Assembly (NCBI GenBank): GCA_023213395.1
Contig: CM041465.1
Span: forward strand, 75,523,741-75,587,740
Direction of reading: 5' to 3'
DNA: 64,000 nt
DNA from: Cycas panzhihuaensis
Lineage: Eukaryota > Plantae > Cycadophyta
Below the pieces are notes generated by a model, which did no database searches, was not told the DNA's origin, and saw only the letters and a list, made by a program, of their open reading frames with translations. Shown here in pieces: positions 26,632-38,849 of the stretch. The position numbers and the translations under genes were made by a program. Every line of letters starts with the position of its first letter. The stretch's first letter is position 1.

Positions 26632-27172
26632 TGAAAGCAATGGAAATGACACAAGTGCTAGGATCTATTGAAGAACAGGATAGGACATCATAACAAGAAG
26701 GACAAAGCTTTAAATTAATAGAAATGAAGAGTACATAACATCAAGATAATAGGGAGGAGATTCCTTTACCACTCAACTTATTATGCAAACAAAATAAGGA
26801 GGAGAATTGATCTACAACTCTTCCTACAAGAGAAGCTACAACAACATAACACTGACTACAATACCTTCATGATACAAAACAAGGAAAGTAGAACTCCTTA
26901 TAAAGGAGATTCAGGATCTAGACACGTCATTGATCAAGAATACAAGACAAGTCTAATTAGAACTCTACTTTCCTCAAGGATAAAGATGGTGACAAGAAGA
27001 ACCATCCAAAGTTGACTTTCCACTAAGCACATGTGGAAAAGCCACAAAAGACAAAAGACAAAAGACAATTTTCTAATCAAACAAATGATCACTTTAGCAT
27101 AAAGGCCTAAAGTGACAAAAATACTAATGTCCATGGTCAAGACTTAATGCTTAGGACATGAACGTTTTAGCA
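26632..27172 (-). repeat. 3' LTR of copia D
   Basis: Direct repeat of 32785-33327 with TG...CA termini. Confidence 0.93.
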
Positions 27173-30100
27173 CCCCCTCCTGAATGGATATAGCATTAAG
27201 TCAAATGTCGAGGCCGTTTCTGAAATGCTCGAACTTTTTTTTGCCAAAGTTTGTGAAGATGTCGACTTTGATCGGTCGGCTGAAATATACCAGGAGGTTG
27301 ATCCAGATGTACCTCCTTAGTTGAATCACTAATGACGTTGTGGATATTCATTTGGGACGATGGCCACTTGCATTGTGCAACTAAGGCCATTACATCATCC
27401 ATGGCATCAGCCTACCACTTATCATCTATACGAGCCTCCTTAAAAGTGGAAGGCTCATGAATACGAAGCATTTTAGCCATAAGTGCATAGTTTATAGTGG
27501 TTGGTTGCCATATTTTGGATGGATGCTTGTCTTCAACAATCTGCAAATCTACAATAATCTGCATATACCAATTAAGCAGCTTCTTCATCGATGTTACGTT
27601 ATGGTCATGTGATGGAGGTGATTGTTGAACCTCTGAAGAAGAAGAAGGACTCAATGAAGGAACTAAGGAAGATGAAGAGGAAGAAGAAGCAACAGGTGTT
27701 GATGAAGGACAAGGTGTTGAAGAAGTTGAGGGAACAGATTTCTCAACAATTGCTTTGCCTTTGTCAAGCAAGAGAGGAAGGGGATTGAACTCGATCTCCC
27801 GATTGTCTTTTACAAAGATGACATCTCATGAAATGTGCATCTTTTTACTAATTGGATCAAACAAACGATATGCTTTGCTGCCAGGAGCATATCTTACAAA
27901 GATGCATTTAAGACTTTTGTTATCAAATTTTCATCTTTGCTCTTGGGGAACATTCATATAGGTCATGCATCCAAATGTACGTAAGTGACTGACCGTTGGT
28001 TTCTGGCCAGTCCAGGCCTCCTCGGGTGTCATGCTCAAAAGTGTTGAAATAGAGCTACGGTTTAACAAATACACAGCAGTGATAAATGCTTCTGCCTAAT
28101 ATGCCAAAGAGAGACCTTTCGCATGCATCATAACTTTTGCTCTATTGACCAAGGTTATATTCATACATTTTACCACACCATTTTATTGCAGTATATATGG
28201 AGCAGAAAATTGGTGTTTTATGTCATTCTGAACATAAAATTGATTGAAGTCCTTGGGTGTATACTCACTACCATTATCAGATCTGAGTATCTTGATTTGT
28301 ATGTCTATTTCATTTTCTACAGCAAGTTTAAATTGCTTAAACTTATTCAATGCTTCTGACTTATGCTTAAAAAAATAAACCCACACCTTATGTGAGTAAT
28401 CATCAATCAAAGTCATGAAGAATGACGATCCTCCATAAAACTGAGTGGTCATGTGACCAAAAATGTCATAATGAATAAGTTGCAACAATTGTTGTGCTCT
28501 CTAGGCCTTACCTTTCTGAAAAGGTTCACGATGTTACTTCTCCATAAGGCATGATTCGTAAAGGCAATTACCCCCTAAGATTTTGGGTAAAAGTCATAAA
28601 CCATATTCTACCTTAACATTTGTCTTATGCTATCCAAATTAAGATGTCCAAGTCGTTTATGCTATAACTGTGTCTTATTTATAGAATGGGAGACAAACGC
28701 ATGAGATAATCCAAATATCGCATATAATTTGTAGAGGCCACGATCTTCATGACCGATTGCAATCATCTAGTCCTCTGTGTTCCTAATTATACATTTCCTA
28801 TCTTTAAACAACATACCCATCTGTTATTTGTCAAGCTGATTAACAAAGAGTAAATTCTTGTGCATTCCAAGAACTAAGAAAACATTGTCGCTAGAAAATG
28901 TAGAATGTTGATCAGAAGATACAATTTGACCTACACCTGATATTTCAACAATGGCATTATCCCCAAATGTCATTGTTTCTCCTTTGCGTTCTCTAAAATT
29001 TGATAATATTTCTGCATCGTCTGTCATGTGGCGTGATGCACAAGAGTCAACGATCCATGTGTTATCATTGTGACTGTCATTGTGTGCAAAAAAAAGTTAT
29101 GTCACTTGGATCATGTTGAGTTGTGCGGCCTTGAAAGCCACTCTGTGTTATCCTTCTTTGAGTACCAGGACGACCACCTCGGAATGTACCTCGAGTCGGT
29201 CCTTGAAACTATTGCTACCATTGATTCTGTTGATGTTGATTATCTTGTTGTTGTGGTTGTTGCAAATCACTATGTTGTTTTCTGCATTCAGGATAAATGT
29301 GGCAAACTTTGCCACAGTAATAACAAATGACAATCTTTGACTTCACATTAAGACTGCCAAATTTCATTTGAAAATTTTACTTGGGTTGAAATAGCTGCTT
29401 CAATTTAAACTTGGCTGAAAAAACACTTGATGTGCTTGCCTCATATTGCCGCAAGTAGATTTATTTTTCCTGTAGCAACAGTCGTTCTAACTCATTGAAA
29501 GTTAGAATGGATAGTGTGTCATTTCATGAAATATCTGAGATGAAGCAGTTATACTCTTTAGGAAGAGCATGAATTGTCGTTATAACTAAATCTTCATTTG
29601 AGACCGGTTTACCAAGAGCTGTCAACTTGTTACAGATAACTTTAACTGATGACAAATAAACTGTCATTGGAGCAACATACTTCAAACTAAACAATTTAGC
29701 TTTGTACATAACAATTCTTGCATCATCTCGACGTTCATACAGAGAAACAATTATATCCCAAGCATTTTTAGATGTCAATGCAGATTCAATATTTTGATCG
29801 ATATTATCACTAACAGACAGATGAATAAAAGCAAGTGCGACTTCATCCTTTACTTTAAAAGAAGTTAATGCAACTAGATTAGCAGGTAACAAATTTCATG
29901 GATTTGTTGGATCTAGAGTTAGTTCGGGTTCGGCGATTACATCAAAAACATAACTCCAAAACTCATTCATAATCAACAAATTCTTAACTTGCTTCTTTCA
30001 TGTAAGGTAATTCTCAGCACCTGTTAACTTGATTATATTTGCATTAAGCATCTATGTCGCCATCTTGATTAATGTACCTGATGAAACATGGAGACTCTTG

Positions 30101-31704
30101 AGTTTACGCCGCTTAAGTTCTACTCAATATCCAATGATGATCAGTACATGACTCAAAATTGTGGACGAAAGGGAGGACTTAGCTCACGAGTTGTCCAACC
30201 TGATGACAAGATCAACGTTAGCCAAGTTATGGGTACTTGAGGCAGAGTAAGAACTTTTTTCGAGCCTCCTCACTTAATATTTTTAATAATTAAAAGTGGG
30301 TTAAATTTGTGCTGAAATGAATGATTATAGATTTTTTCTGTTGTTGCAAACTTCGTCAAAGAACTTCAAAATTACAATGTAGCTGCATTGAATAACAATT
30401 TATGCAACTAAGTACAAAATTTAATCTTAAAGTGATATATTCAGCAGCTATAAACAACAAATTTTAATGCCTAAAACAAGCAAATAATGAAACAAGTCAT
30501 CCACCACGAACACCTAGGTTCGAAAAATGATTTCTACACACCAGAAAATTGAAGTCTTTATTGATCATTGTTCCTTTTTTGTGTTTGAAGTTGAGTCTCA
30601 CTGAAATTGGTCACCTTGCAGGGAGCCCAGTGAGCAAAAATATCTTAAATGGTATAATTTTAGGCTTAAAACAAGCCAAATAATGGTGATTAAATCACCA
30701 AAATACACTTGCAAAAGATATACAAGATAATGTGATTAACACACTTTGTAAAATTCTTAAAAAGATGAAATTTAGAACACTTTGAGCCCAAATTTAATGA
30801 TCTAAGTCACCTTGCAAGGAGCTTCGCGTCATTAAAAACAAGAAAATTCTTACAAAAAAGTAATAAAAATCACTTAAAGATAGTGATTTTAATTTGAAAT
30901 GCACTTGCAAATGTTTTTATGTGTTAGTGTGATTTACACACTAAAACAAGTGATAAATGAGGCTCTTTACGAAATGAAATAGAGATTAAAATAAAAATTA
31001 TAAAGAACTTTAATAATGTTAAAGTTCAAAGGAAAAATTAAAAGGTGAATATGCTATGGTATATTCCAATTTTCATTTACCAAAGTTTAAAACTATGTAA
31101 GAGGATCGAAATTTCTTCGAATTTAACCACGTGGGCGGCGAACGAAAAACCACTATGTAAACTGTGAGTCGAATCTACGAGCACCAGTTGATTTGCAGGG
31201 AGTCGCAGAACCACGGAGAAGCCGCACGGCTGCCACATAGCAACAGCTGGTGCAGGAGCCACTAGAGGGAGCTGAACATAAATGTGTTACACAAAGATGT
31301 AGGTTACACCACACGAGAGCCAAATCTAAGAGTACAGCAGTCGTAGAGCCACGTAGGGACGAGTCGCCAGAGGTTGCAGAGTGTGGGAGCCGCACAGAAA
31401 GATAAGCCACATGAGATGTCATCGGAGGAGGTGTGCCTGTAGACGGGAGCCACGTAGGTCACGCATAGAGAAGCATGGACGGAGATAACCAGTTGGGTGT
31501 CGCACAAACACACAACCTGGAATAATATTTGGCCGCACAATAGCAGAGAGCACCACAAATTTAGTCCACACAGGGGTCACATAGGTGCCACGCAAGAAGA
31601 GCCACATAAGTAGAAGCTACAGAGAGAGCCACGTGTGGCCTTTACGTTGGAGCAAGGAAATAGATTCCAAGCTTTCAAACCAACAACAGAAACCTAGGAG
31701 TAAG

Positions 31705-32010
31705 CTTATTGCCTTAGAGAATGACAATAAGGAAAATTGTCCTCTTTAGCAGCTTTTGAATTATTAAAATGGCAGTTTTTTCAGGCACTCTCTGTATCAA
31801 TAGCTATCACAGTACTTGTATCTGCAGCAAATGGCATCATTAACCTTTCTGCAGCCCTTCATGTGCAGGCATACATTCCTTTTTTCTATGTCTAAGAAAC
31901 ATTGTTTGTAGCATCGGGTGCAACAACTCCTTCAGATAATCAAATGGAGGTAAGAGAATGCGCAGCCAATGTTCTTGCAAGTTTAATGAGAGGAGGCTAC
32001 ATAGATTTTT
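31705..32010 (+). pseudogene. PA200: Captured fragment of proteasome activator subunit 4 (PA200/PSME4), antisense within the copia D leader
   Basis: With frameshifts it reads ..AFELLKWQFFQALSVSIAITVLVSAAN..LTFLQPFMCRHTFLFSMSKKHCL*HRVQQLL.DNQMEVRECAANVLASLMRGG. This matches, from recall, the plant PA200 C-terminal region (AAFELLKW..LTYLRTFMYRHTFIL..LL.DNQVEVREHAAAVLAGLMKGG). Confidence 0.85.
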
Positions 32011-32784
32011 CTATTTCCTTTTTTTTCAGTATTACAATGAAAAGCAAAGGACAGTCACTTGGATAACCTCCTTTTTCCTCCTTTTTTAATCAAAGATAAA
32101 GTAAGCCTACCATATTTTGGCTTCAAGAGGACTGTTTAACATAAATAGAGGCTCCACAAAAAGAAATTTAAAACAAAACATTTTTAATGAAAATAATTTC
32201 AAATAAAAAACTTTTGTAAAATTTTTAATCCTCAACAATAACAATGAGGAAACTTTTAGACAGCCATTTTTTCTCCTTTGCACTCTCCTTTTTTTTTTTA
32301 AGCAACAAAATGCAAAATTATAAAAAATCTTGAAATAATTAGTAATTTCAAGAATTCTGCATACATAACACCTTCATACACATGAATGAGGCTCAAAGAT
32401 CTTCATAAAGCAACAAATATCTCCTCAATAAGAGTTATTTATACACTAAACTTTGCTAAAGTTGCAAAGATTCCAACACAACTTAATTTTGTAAAAGAAC
32501 TAATGAAATTTTGTTCCCAATCATCTGCAAATCTTAATAACAAAAAATCCATTTTTCTTGCTTACCAATTAGGCTCCAAAACATAAGTATACAAAACAAT
32601 TTGCATAAAATTCTTTAAAAATTTTGTAAGCTTAAAGTGCAAAAGTTCGTCAATAACAAAACTTGACAAGAAATTGATTCTTGCTCCAGTTGAATCGCCT
32701 TCATATGGTGAAGGTCGTCACCAAGCTTGGAGTGCAACAACGCCTTGAATCCGCTCTTTAAGAAGTCATACTCTAATATCAAAT

Positions 32785-33327
32785 TGAAAATAATGAAATG
32801 ACACAGGTGTTAGAATCTATTGAGGGAACAGGATAGAACATCATAACATGAAGGACAAAGCTTTAGATTAATGGAAATGAAGAGTACATAACATCAAGAT
32901 AATAGGAAGGAGATTCCTCTACCACTCAACCTATTATGCAAACAAAGTAGGGAGGAGAATTGATCTACACCTCTTCCTACAAGAGAAGCTACAGTAGCAT
33001 AACACTGACTACAATACCTTGATGATACAAAATAAGGAAAGTAAGACTCCTTATAAAGGAGATTCAATGATCAGGATCTAGATACATGTCACTGATCAAG
33101 AGTACAAAACAAGTATGATTAGAACTCTACTTTTCTCAAAGATAAGAATGGTGACAAGTGGAGCCATCCAAAGTTGACTTTCCACTAAGTACATATGAAA
33201 AAGCCACAAAAGACAAAAGACAATTTTATAATCAAATAAATGATCACTTTAGCATAAAGGCCTAAAGTGACAAAAATACTAATGTCCATGGTCAAGACTT
33301 AATGCTTAGTACATGAATGTTTTAACA
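32785..33327 (-). repeat. 5' LTR of copia D
   Basis: Adjacent to the PBS; direct repeat of 26632-27172. Confidence 0.93.
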
Positions 33328-35338
33328 AATAAGAGCAACATATTTTTCCTGAACACCATGGAGAAAACCCAAAGAGCTATAAGCAAGATTCTTGAAATGC
33401 CATCATGAAGCTCCCCACTCTTTTCCTGTGATTCTCGCTCTTTGTGGGCAGAATGGAGAAGGATTTGTGGAACATGATTATTGATAGGGTGCAAAGGAAG
33501 CTACCGGTCGGAAGGGGCTCTTCTCACCAAGCCGCAAACTTCACCATCGGGCCTCTCTTGAGCATCCCAACTTATATGATATCGTTGTTCAAATGCCCTG
33601 TGAAAGTTATAAATGTTTTAGAATCTATCTAGAAAAGGTTCATATGGTTTGGGGTAAAGGATAAGGACAGAATTCACTTAGTGGCCTGGGAGAAAATCTG
33701 CCTCCCTAAATGTTAAAAACATTGCTTGCTTTAATAAGGCCTTGGTGGTTAAGCTGGGATAGAGATTATTCAGGGAGGAAAAAAGCTTGTGGTGTAAAAT
33801 TGTGGCCCAGAAATACCTTAGGGATAAGCAATCTCTGAATGATGATCTCTCAGGCAAGTTAGGCTCTACGATCTTGAGTAGTCTAACCTACGCAAGAAAG
33901 ATGTTTGCGTCAGGAGTTCAATGGTGTCTAGGGGATGGGGAGGTGATTAACTTTTGGGGGGATGTTTGGTACAGACAACCCCAAATAAAGAAGAGACCAG
34001 TTATTGGGTCCGTCCAAGATACTTATGAATATTTATATGGTAGGAAAGTCAAGGATTACTGGATGATCCACAAGGATTCAAAGAATTCGAGGCGCTTTGA
34101 TGATATCCCCCCTGAAAGAGCCGGTGAAGAGCAAATTAAGGCCCTTAGGTGTGAACTTGCCAAAAGCTATATCCCCAGATTCCCCAAGGCGAACTCCCTA
34201 GTTTGGCCTCTATCTCCTTCTGGGGAGTATTCGGTGAAATCTGACTATTTGTTCCTGATCTCAAAAAAAAGGAATACCTGAAAACAAGATGTTAGGGGGA
34301 GTTTCGAAAATGGGCCTAATCCCTAAGGTCGCCATCTTTTGGTGGTTATGCCTAAAGAATAAAATTTTAACCTTGGATAATCCAAGGAAAAGAGGATTCT
34401 CCATGGTGAACAGATGTATCTTGTGCCGAAAAGAGGAGTCATTCGTTGATCATATCCTACTGCATTGCTCTTACTCCAAGGAGGTGTGCAAGTTGTTGTG
34501 GAACACCTTTGGAGTAGATTGGGTATCCCCTGGTACCATGAAGGATTTAGCTACCTCATGGAACTGTCCCTTCGGATGCAGAACTCTAAGGTTTCTGTGG
34601 ATAACATCATTACCTATGTTGATGTGGACTCTTTAGAAAAAGAGGAATAGGAGAATCTTTCAAGAGAACCATATGGATGGACCTAAGCTTTTTGGGTTAA
34701 CTTTCACAACTCTAAAAGAGGCATTGAAGGAAGAGGAAGAAAACTTTATACCCTTTGAGGAAAGGAAGATCCTGGAGGAGTGGGGTATCAGGAATCGCAA
34801 GATGAACATGAAACCAAAAAGGCAGAGTAGATGGCATCCCCCTCCTGAGAGTTGGATCAAAATTAACTTTGATGGTATGGCGAAAGGCAACCCTGGTGAA
34901 GCAAGGGGTGGCGGGGTCTACAGAAATGCTGAAGGGAAGGTGATTTGGGCCTTTGTTGAATATTATGGGTCTCAAACTAATCATTGTGCTAAGTTGGAAG
35001 TGATGTATAAAGCCATGTAAATGATATCCTTGGAGGGGCATGATAAAGTGATTTTGGAAGGGGATTCATTGAATGCGATAAAATTAATTAGAGGGGAAGC
35101 AGATTTGGATTGGAGGTTCAGAGCTATAATAAATGATGCGAGGGAGTCTCTCCATAGGAGAGCAAATGTTTAGGTAAGGCATACATACAGGGAAGGAAAT
35201 GGGGTGGCGAATAGTCTGGCTAACTGGGGGATCCAATTTTAAAGAAATGAGGCTTGGAGGGATTTGATACTTGATGAGATTATGGATCTGGTTAGGAAAG
35301 ATTTGGAGGGTACCAAGTCTTGTAGGTCTCCTGAGCTA

Positions 35339-35455
35339 GCCACTAGGCTTGTCGTGGCAAATAGGCTGTCTTGATTTCTTTAGCTAGTCATTGGGCTTGT
35401 CGTGGTAGATAGGCAGTCTTGATTTGTTTAGCTAGCCACTGGGCTTGTCATGGCA
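35339..35455 (+). repeat. ~48-bp tandem repeat (about 2.5 units) in the LINE 3' UTR
   Basis: Unit GCCACT(A/G)GGCTTGTCGTGGCA..TAGGC.GTCTTGATTT.TTTAGCTA. Confidence 0.85.
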
Positions 35456-37431
35456 GGGTTGGTCTAGTAGTTTGTTTAGGATTAGTTATTTGAAACTAGG
35501 TCGTGGGCTTGTCACAATAGATCTAAGTGGCCAGCTGGGCAAATTTTGTAAAGGGGTTGGGGCCTCCTTTTAAATCCCCACATTTATTTAAACCTTACCA
35601 AAAAAAAACGAGAATGAAACAACAAAATAAACCATAGCAAGAAAAAGACAAAAGAAGGCATAGCGCAAAAACCATGTCAAGGCACTACAATTTAAAATTG
35701 GGGACTTAATATAGCTATTAAATGGTAAATTGTGAATGCATCAAGGAGAGTTAAGGACGCATTGCAAATGGCCCTACATGATTAAAGGAGTTTATAAGAA
35801 TGGCTCTATACAATTGAGGGAACTAGGAGGGCAATTGTTGCCCAACATGGTCAAAGGCAATAGACTAAAATCCTACAACAATTAAGGTAGGGAACCATTT
35901 GTGGCACAAGCAACTATCAGGTTTACTATAACATGTTGCTCAAGTCAAGGAAAACTAAAGTTGTCGTGGTATCAAGAATTCTTGATGCATAAATAGAAAA
36001 TATTTAAAAATTTTAAAAACATAAAAATTGACCATAACTCTTATCAAATAAATAATCGATAGATTAAGCAAGTGATGGCTGGAAAGTATGACATAATAAA
36101 GCCAAATGAGCTAAAGAAGATCACTTAGGTCATTGTTCCAATGTGCTTAGCCACCATTCCAATAATTTCAAGCCACCATTCCAAGATTCAAAGTCACTAT
36201 TCCAAATGGTGAAGCAATTGCTCATTGTTCCCCCCCAAAAAAGGGAAATGAAGAAAATATTTTGAATGAAAGTGACCATTTCAAAAGATTGAACATAAAG
36301 GGACTACTCCTAAACCACTCTAGTGGGGAATAGCCCGTAGAATACTACAATGAATGAAAATAAATAATTGAGTATAGAAGCAAAAATTGATTTGTTTTTC
36401 TAGAAAATTGAGTAGAGAAGGAATGAAGACACCACAAGCACTAGGGTTTAAAGTTTTTGCAACATTTGCATGCATCCAAGAGAGAATATTGATGCCCTTG
36501 CGAAAAGCAAATTTTTCAAATAGTTCCTCACAAATGGCTAAAGCAACAAGCATCCCACAACAAGTGTTCCACAAGCATATAGTAAGCATTGAATAGTGTT
36601 CCATCCTACCACAACATTTTTCAATATTCCGATAGAGATTAGGCAGTATGCACTCATTACAACATTCTTAAGTAAGAGACTAAAGTGTTACACTTTGTTG
36701 AAAGCATTCCATAGGATTTTTTTTGCCCTCCCATTCCAATAGTGTAGAAATTAGGGTTAAATGCCAATTAACGTCAAGGAGACATATCTACCAAGGCTGA
36801 GGAGAAAATCCAATTAGATGTTAGATAAATTTAAATCAGTGATTATTAGAATAGGGTGGAGCAAGTATGTACAACTCTTGCTATTGTATTGGCATAAGGA
36901 AACAATGCAAACCATTATAAGGCTAGGGCCCCAAAACAAGGACAAATTTAAGATACCTACCAATCTTATTTGGAAGTTAACAAGGTTACCCAAAACTACA
37001 GAAATGTTGTGGTGTCGCAAATGGAGTGATGCAAATTTGGAAGTTCTTGCCTAGGCATTGTGTAGACTATGGGCATAATTATATTCTAAGAGAATCAAAA
37101 CCGAAGACCAAATGGATGGAATGTTACATTGGATAGGTAAAACATTCATGATGAGGTTCATAGGGAAGAAAAAGTTCACGTGTTGCCATGTGAGGACGCT
37201 TCCAGTACTACAACAAGTGTAACAGGGCAATGCACTCATCTAGAGTGAGTTTTGGGCACATATATGTAAACAATAGTTGTAATAGCTTTGAGGACCAAAA
37301 CAAATATTCAAACACCCATCCCTATTATTGGGTGTATCGTTCCTCAATAGAGCCACCATACGTTATGGATAATTTGTGATTAATGAAATAGTGAATTTAG
37401 ATATCTCCACGTAAATGCATGCTAAATGATA

Positions 37432-37519
37432 TCAAGAGGCATCTATTGGCAGTAACAAGAACGATAGTAAGTTAGTCAAGAGGCATCTATTGGCAACAAT
37501 AAGAATGATAGTAAGTTAG
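37432..37519 (+). repeat. Tandem direct repeat, 2 x 44 bp
   Basis: TCAAGAGGCATCTATTGGCA...GATAGTAAGTTAG occurs twice. Confidence 0.9.
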
Positions 37520-38849
37520 CTCCATAAGGATGCAACATAACCATATAGGCCTAAGTAGATGGCAAAGAAGAAAGCAAAAAGGCTATGATGCTAGGAGGAA
37601 GAGAAGTCTCAACAATTAGAGTTGAAAGAAGCATTGGTATGTACACCCTTTCCACAATAGGCACCAATCCATCAAGACCCAAGCGAAGGAACATCTTAGG
37701 CAAGGGAAGCCACAGGCAATAAATTCTAATCAATGCAAAATTTATTGGATCAATTTCAAGGTCAATATAGTCAATTAAGTCGGTAGAAAGGTTATGAAGA
37801 AATAACAAGGTCATATGAGATAATTAAAAAATTAGAAAAGAAACACAAATATCAAAAGGTGAAGTAGGTACCAAAGTAGTGGAAATGCAAAACTTGATGA
37901 AGAAATGAGCCAACAAGTTCAACAGTTATAAGGTGAACTGGCAACTAAGCAAGCACAATTGTTAAGCTATAAGAGCAACCCAAAAAGCGAGGAGGAGAGT
38001 AACTCCAAAGAGAAAAACAAACTTTTTCACATTTTGGCAACCATGGACACATTTTGGGAGTTTAGCAAGGATACTCAACCATTTTGCAAACCCCAGCTAG
38101 ACGTATGTGCTAAATTTAGGCATTTGGGCACTTGGAACAGATAGGAACGACTTGAGGGATAGCTCAAACAAGTGAAATGGCAAAAACAAAAAACAAATCT
38201 ACATAGGAAATGACTGGAACAATTGCAACAACAACCATTGAGGAACAGTTGCAACAAAACGATTCATCTCTCGAAGAATGGTCAAAATGGCTAGTAGAAC
38301 AACAGAACATTAGTGATAAACAAGAATGTTGGAACAACTAGAAAGGAATGATTGACACAAGTCAAACAACTAACAAAAAAAATTACACAACTACAATAGA
38401 ATTCATACTACATGACCATATGGATGTATGAATTAACAAAGCATCACATTTTGTTAAGGCCATGTTATGTAATAATGTCATTTATTATGTAAAGTCAAAA
38501 CACGTGAGTAAAAGGTTATGCCATTTTGTATCGGGGCACCCAATCTAGGACATAAATAGGTCATTTCATACCTACTTTTGGTGAGAGGCAGTTTAGTCAA
38601 GCACACCCAAAATAAAGGTAGCCTGGGAATTGTACTAAAGATAGCTTAATCATTGTTTAATGAATTATTGAGTTATGTGGAATATTGTGTACAATGTTGT
38701 AAATGTATGTATATTTGCTTGAATGTTTCTATGTACAACTATGTGTGTGTAAGACTTGACATGCAACATGGCGTTATGAAGAGAATGATGCCAAATTGAA
38801 GAGAACACATGGTTATGGAGCTAATGGACAGTGTTGGGCCAATTGGTGT

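Larger units (their letters stand above)
26632..33327 (-). mobile_element. Ty1/copia element D, non-autonomous (RT/RNase H almost entirely deleted)
   Basis: LTRs 26632-27172 and 32785-33327; TSD AACAA/AATAA; decayed PBS at 32770-32781; PPT at 27173-27181; gag from ~30063, protease WIVDSCASRHMT, integrase ILRSDNGSEY. Confidence 0.93.
24459..35300 (+). pseudogene. LINE ORF2 (APE endonuclease, RT, zf-RVT, RNase H), split at 26631/33328
   Basis: MKLAS*NIRG; LLQETK; GDFN; DRNTKFFH; FRPISL; GLRQGDPL; FVDD; CILC..ESFVDHILLHC; WHPP..WIKINFDG..KGNPG. Confidence 0.92.
22521..35606 (+). mobile_element. Full-length L1-clade LINE with RNase H, interrupted by copia D
   Basis: TSD AAC(A/G)AGAATGAAACA at 22506-22520 and 35607-35621; short poly(A); ORF1 and ORF2 domains present. 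Confidence 0.93.
19950..38770 (+). mobile_element. Old, decayed Ty3/gypsy element split by the SINE and LINE insertions (host segments ~19950-22126, 22376-22520, 35607-38770)
   Basis: Knuckle-like WCPTCKASTH (~20626); protease-end motif SYPMLLGRPWL (~21709-21741); RNase H-like FSRKLS..ALG (~36397); integrase remnants ~37150-37340; LTR-like segment from ~38106 resembling the element E LTR. Ends approximate. Confidence 0.65.

Noticed and set aside
36320-38257. Numerous 60-95 aa ORFs duplicated at 53-55 kb
   Set aside because: Chance frames in decayed gypsy pol, mirrored by the inverted duplication.
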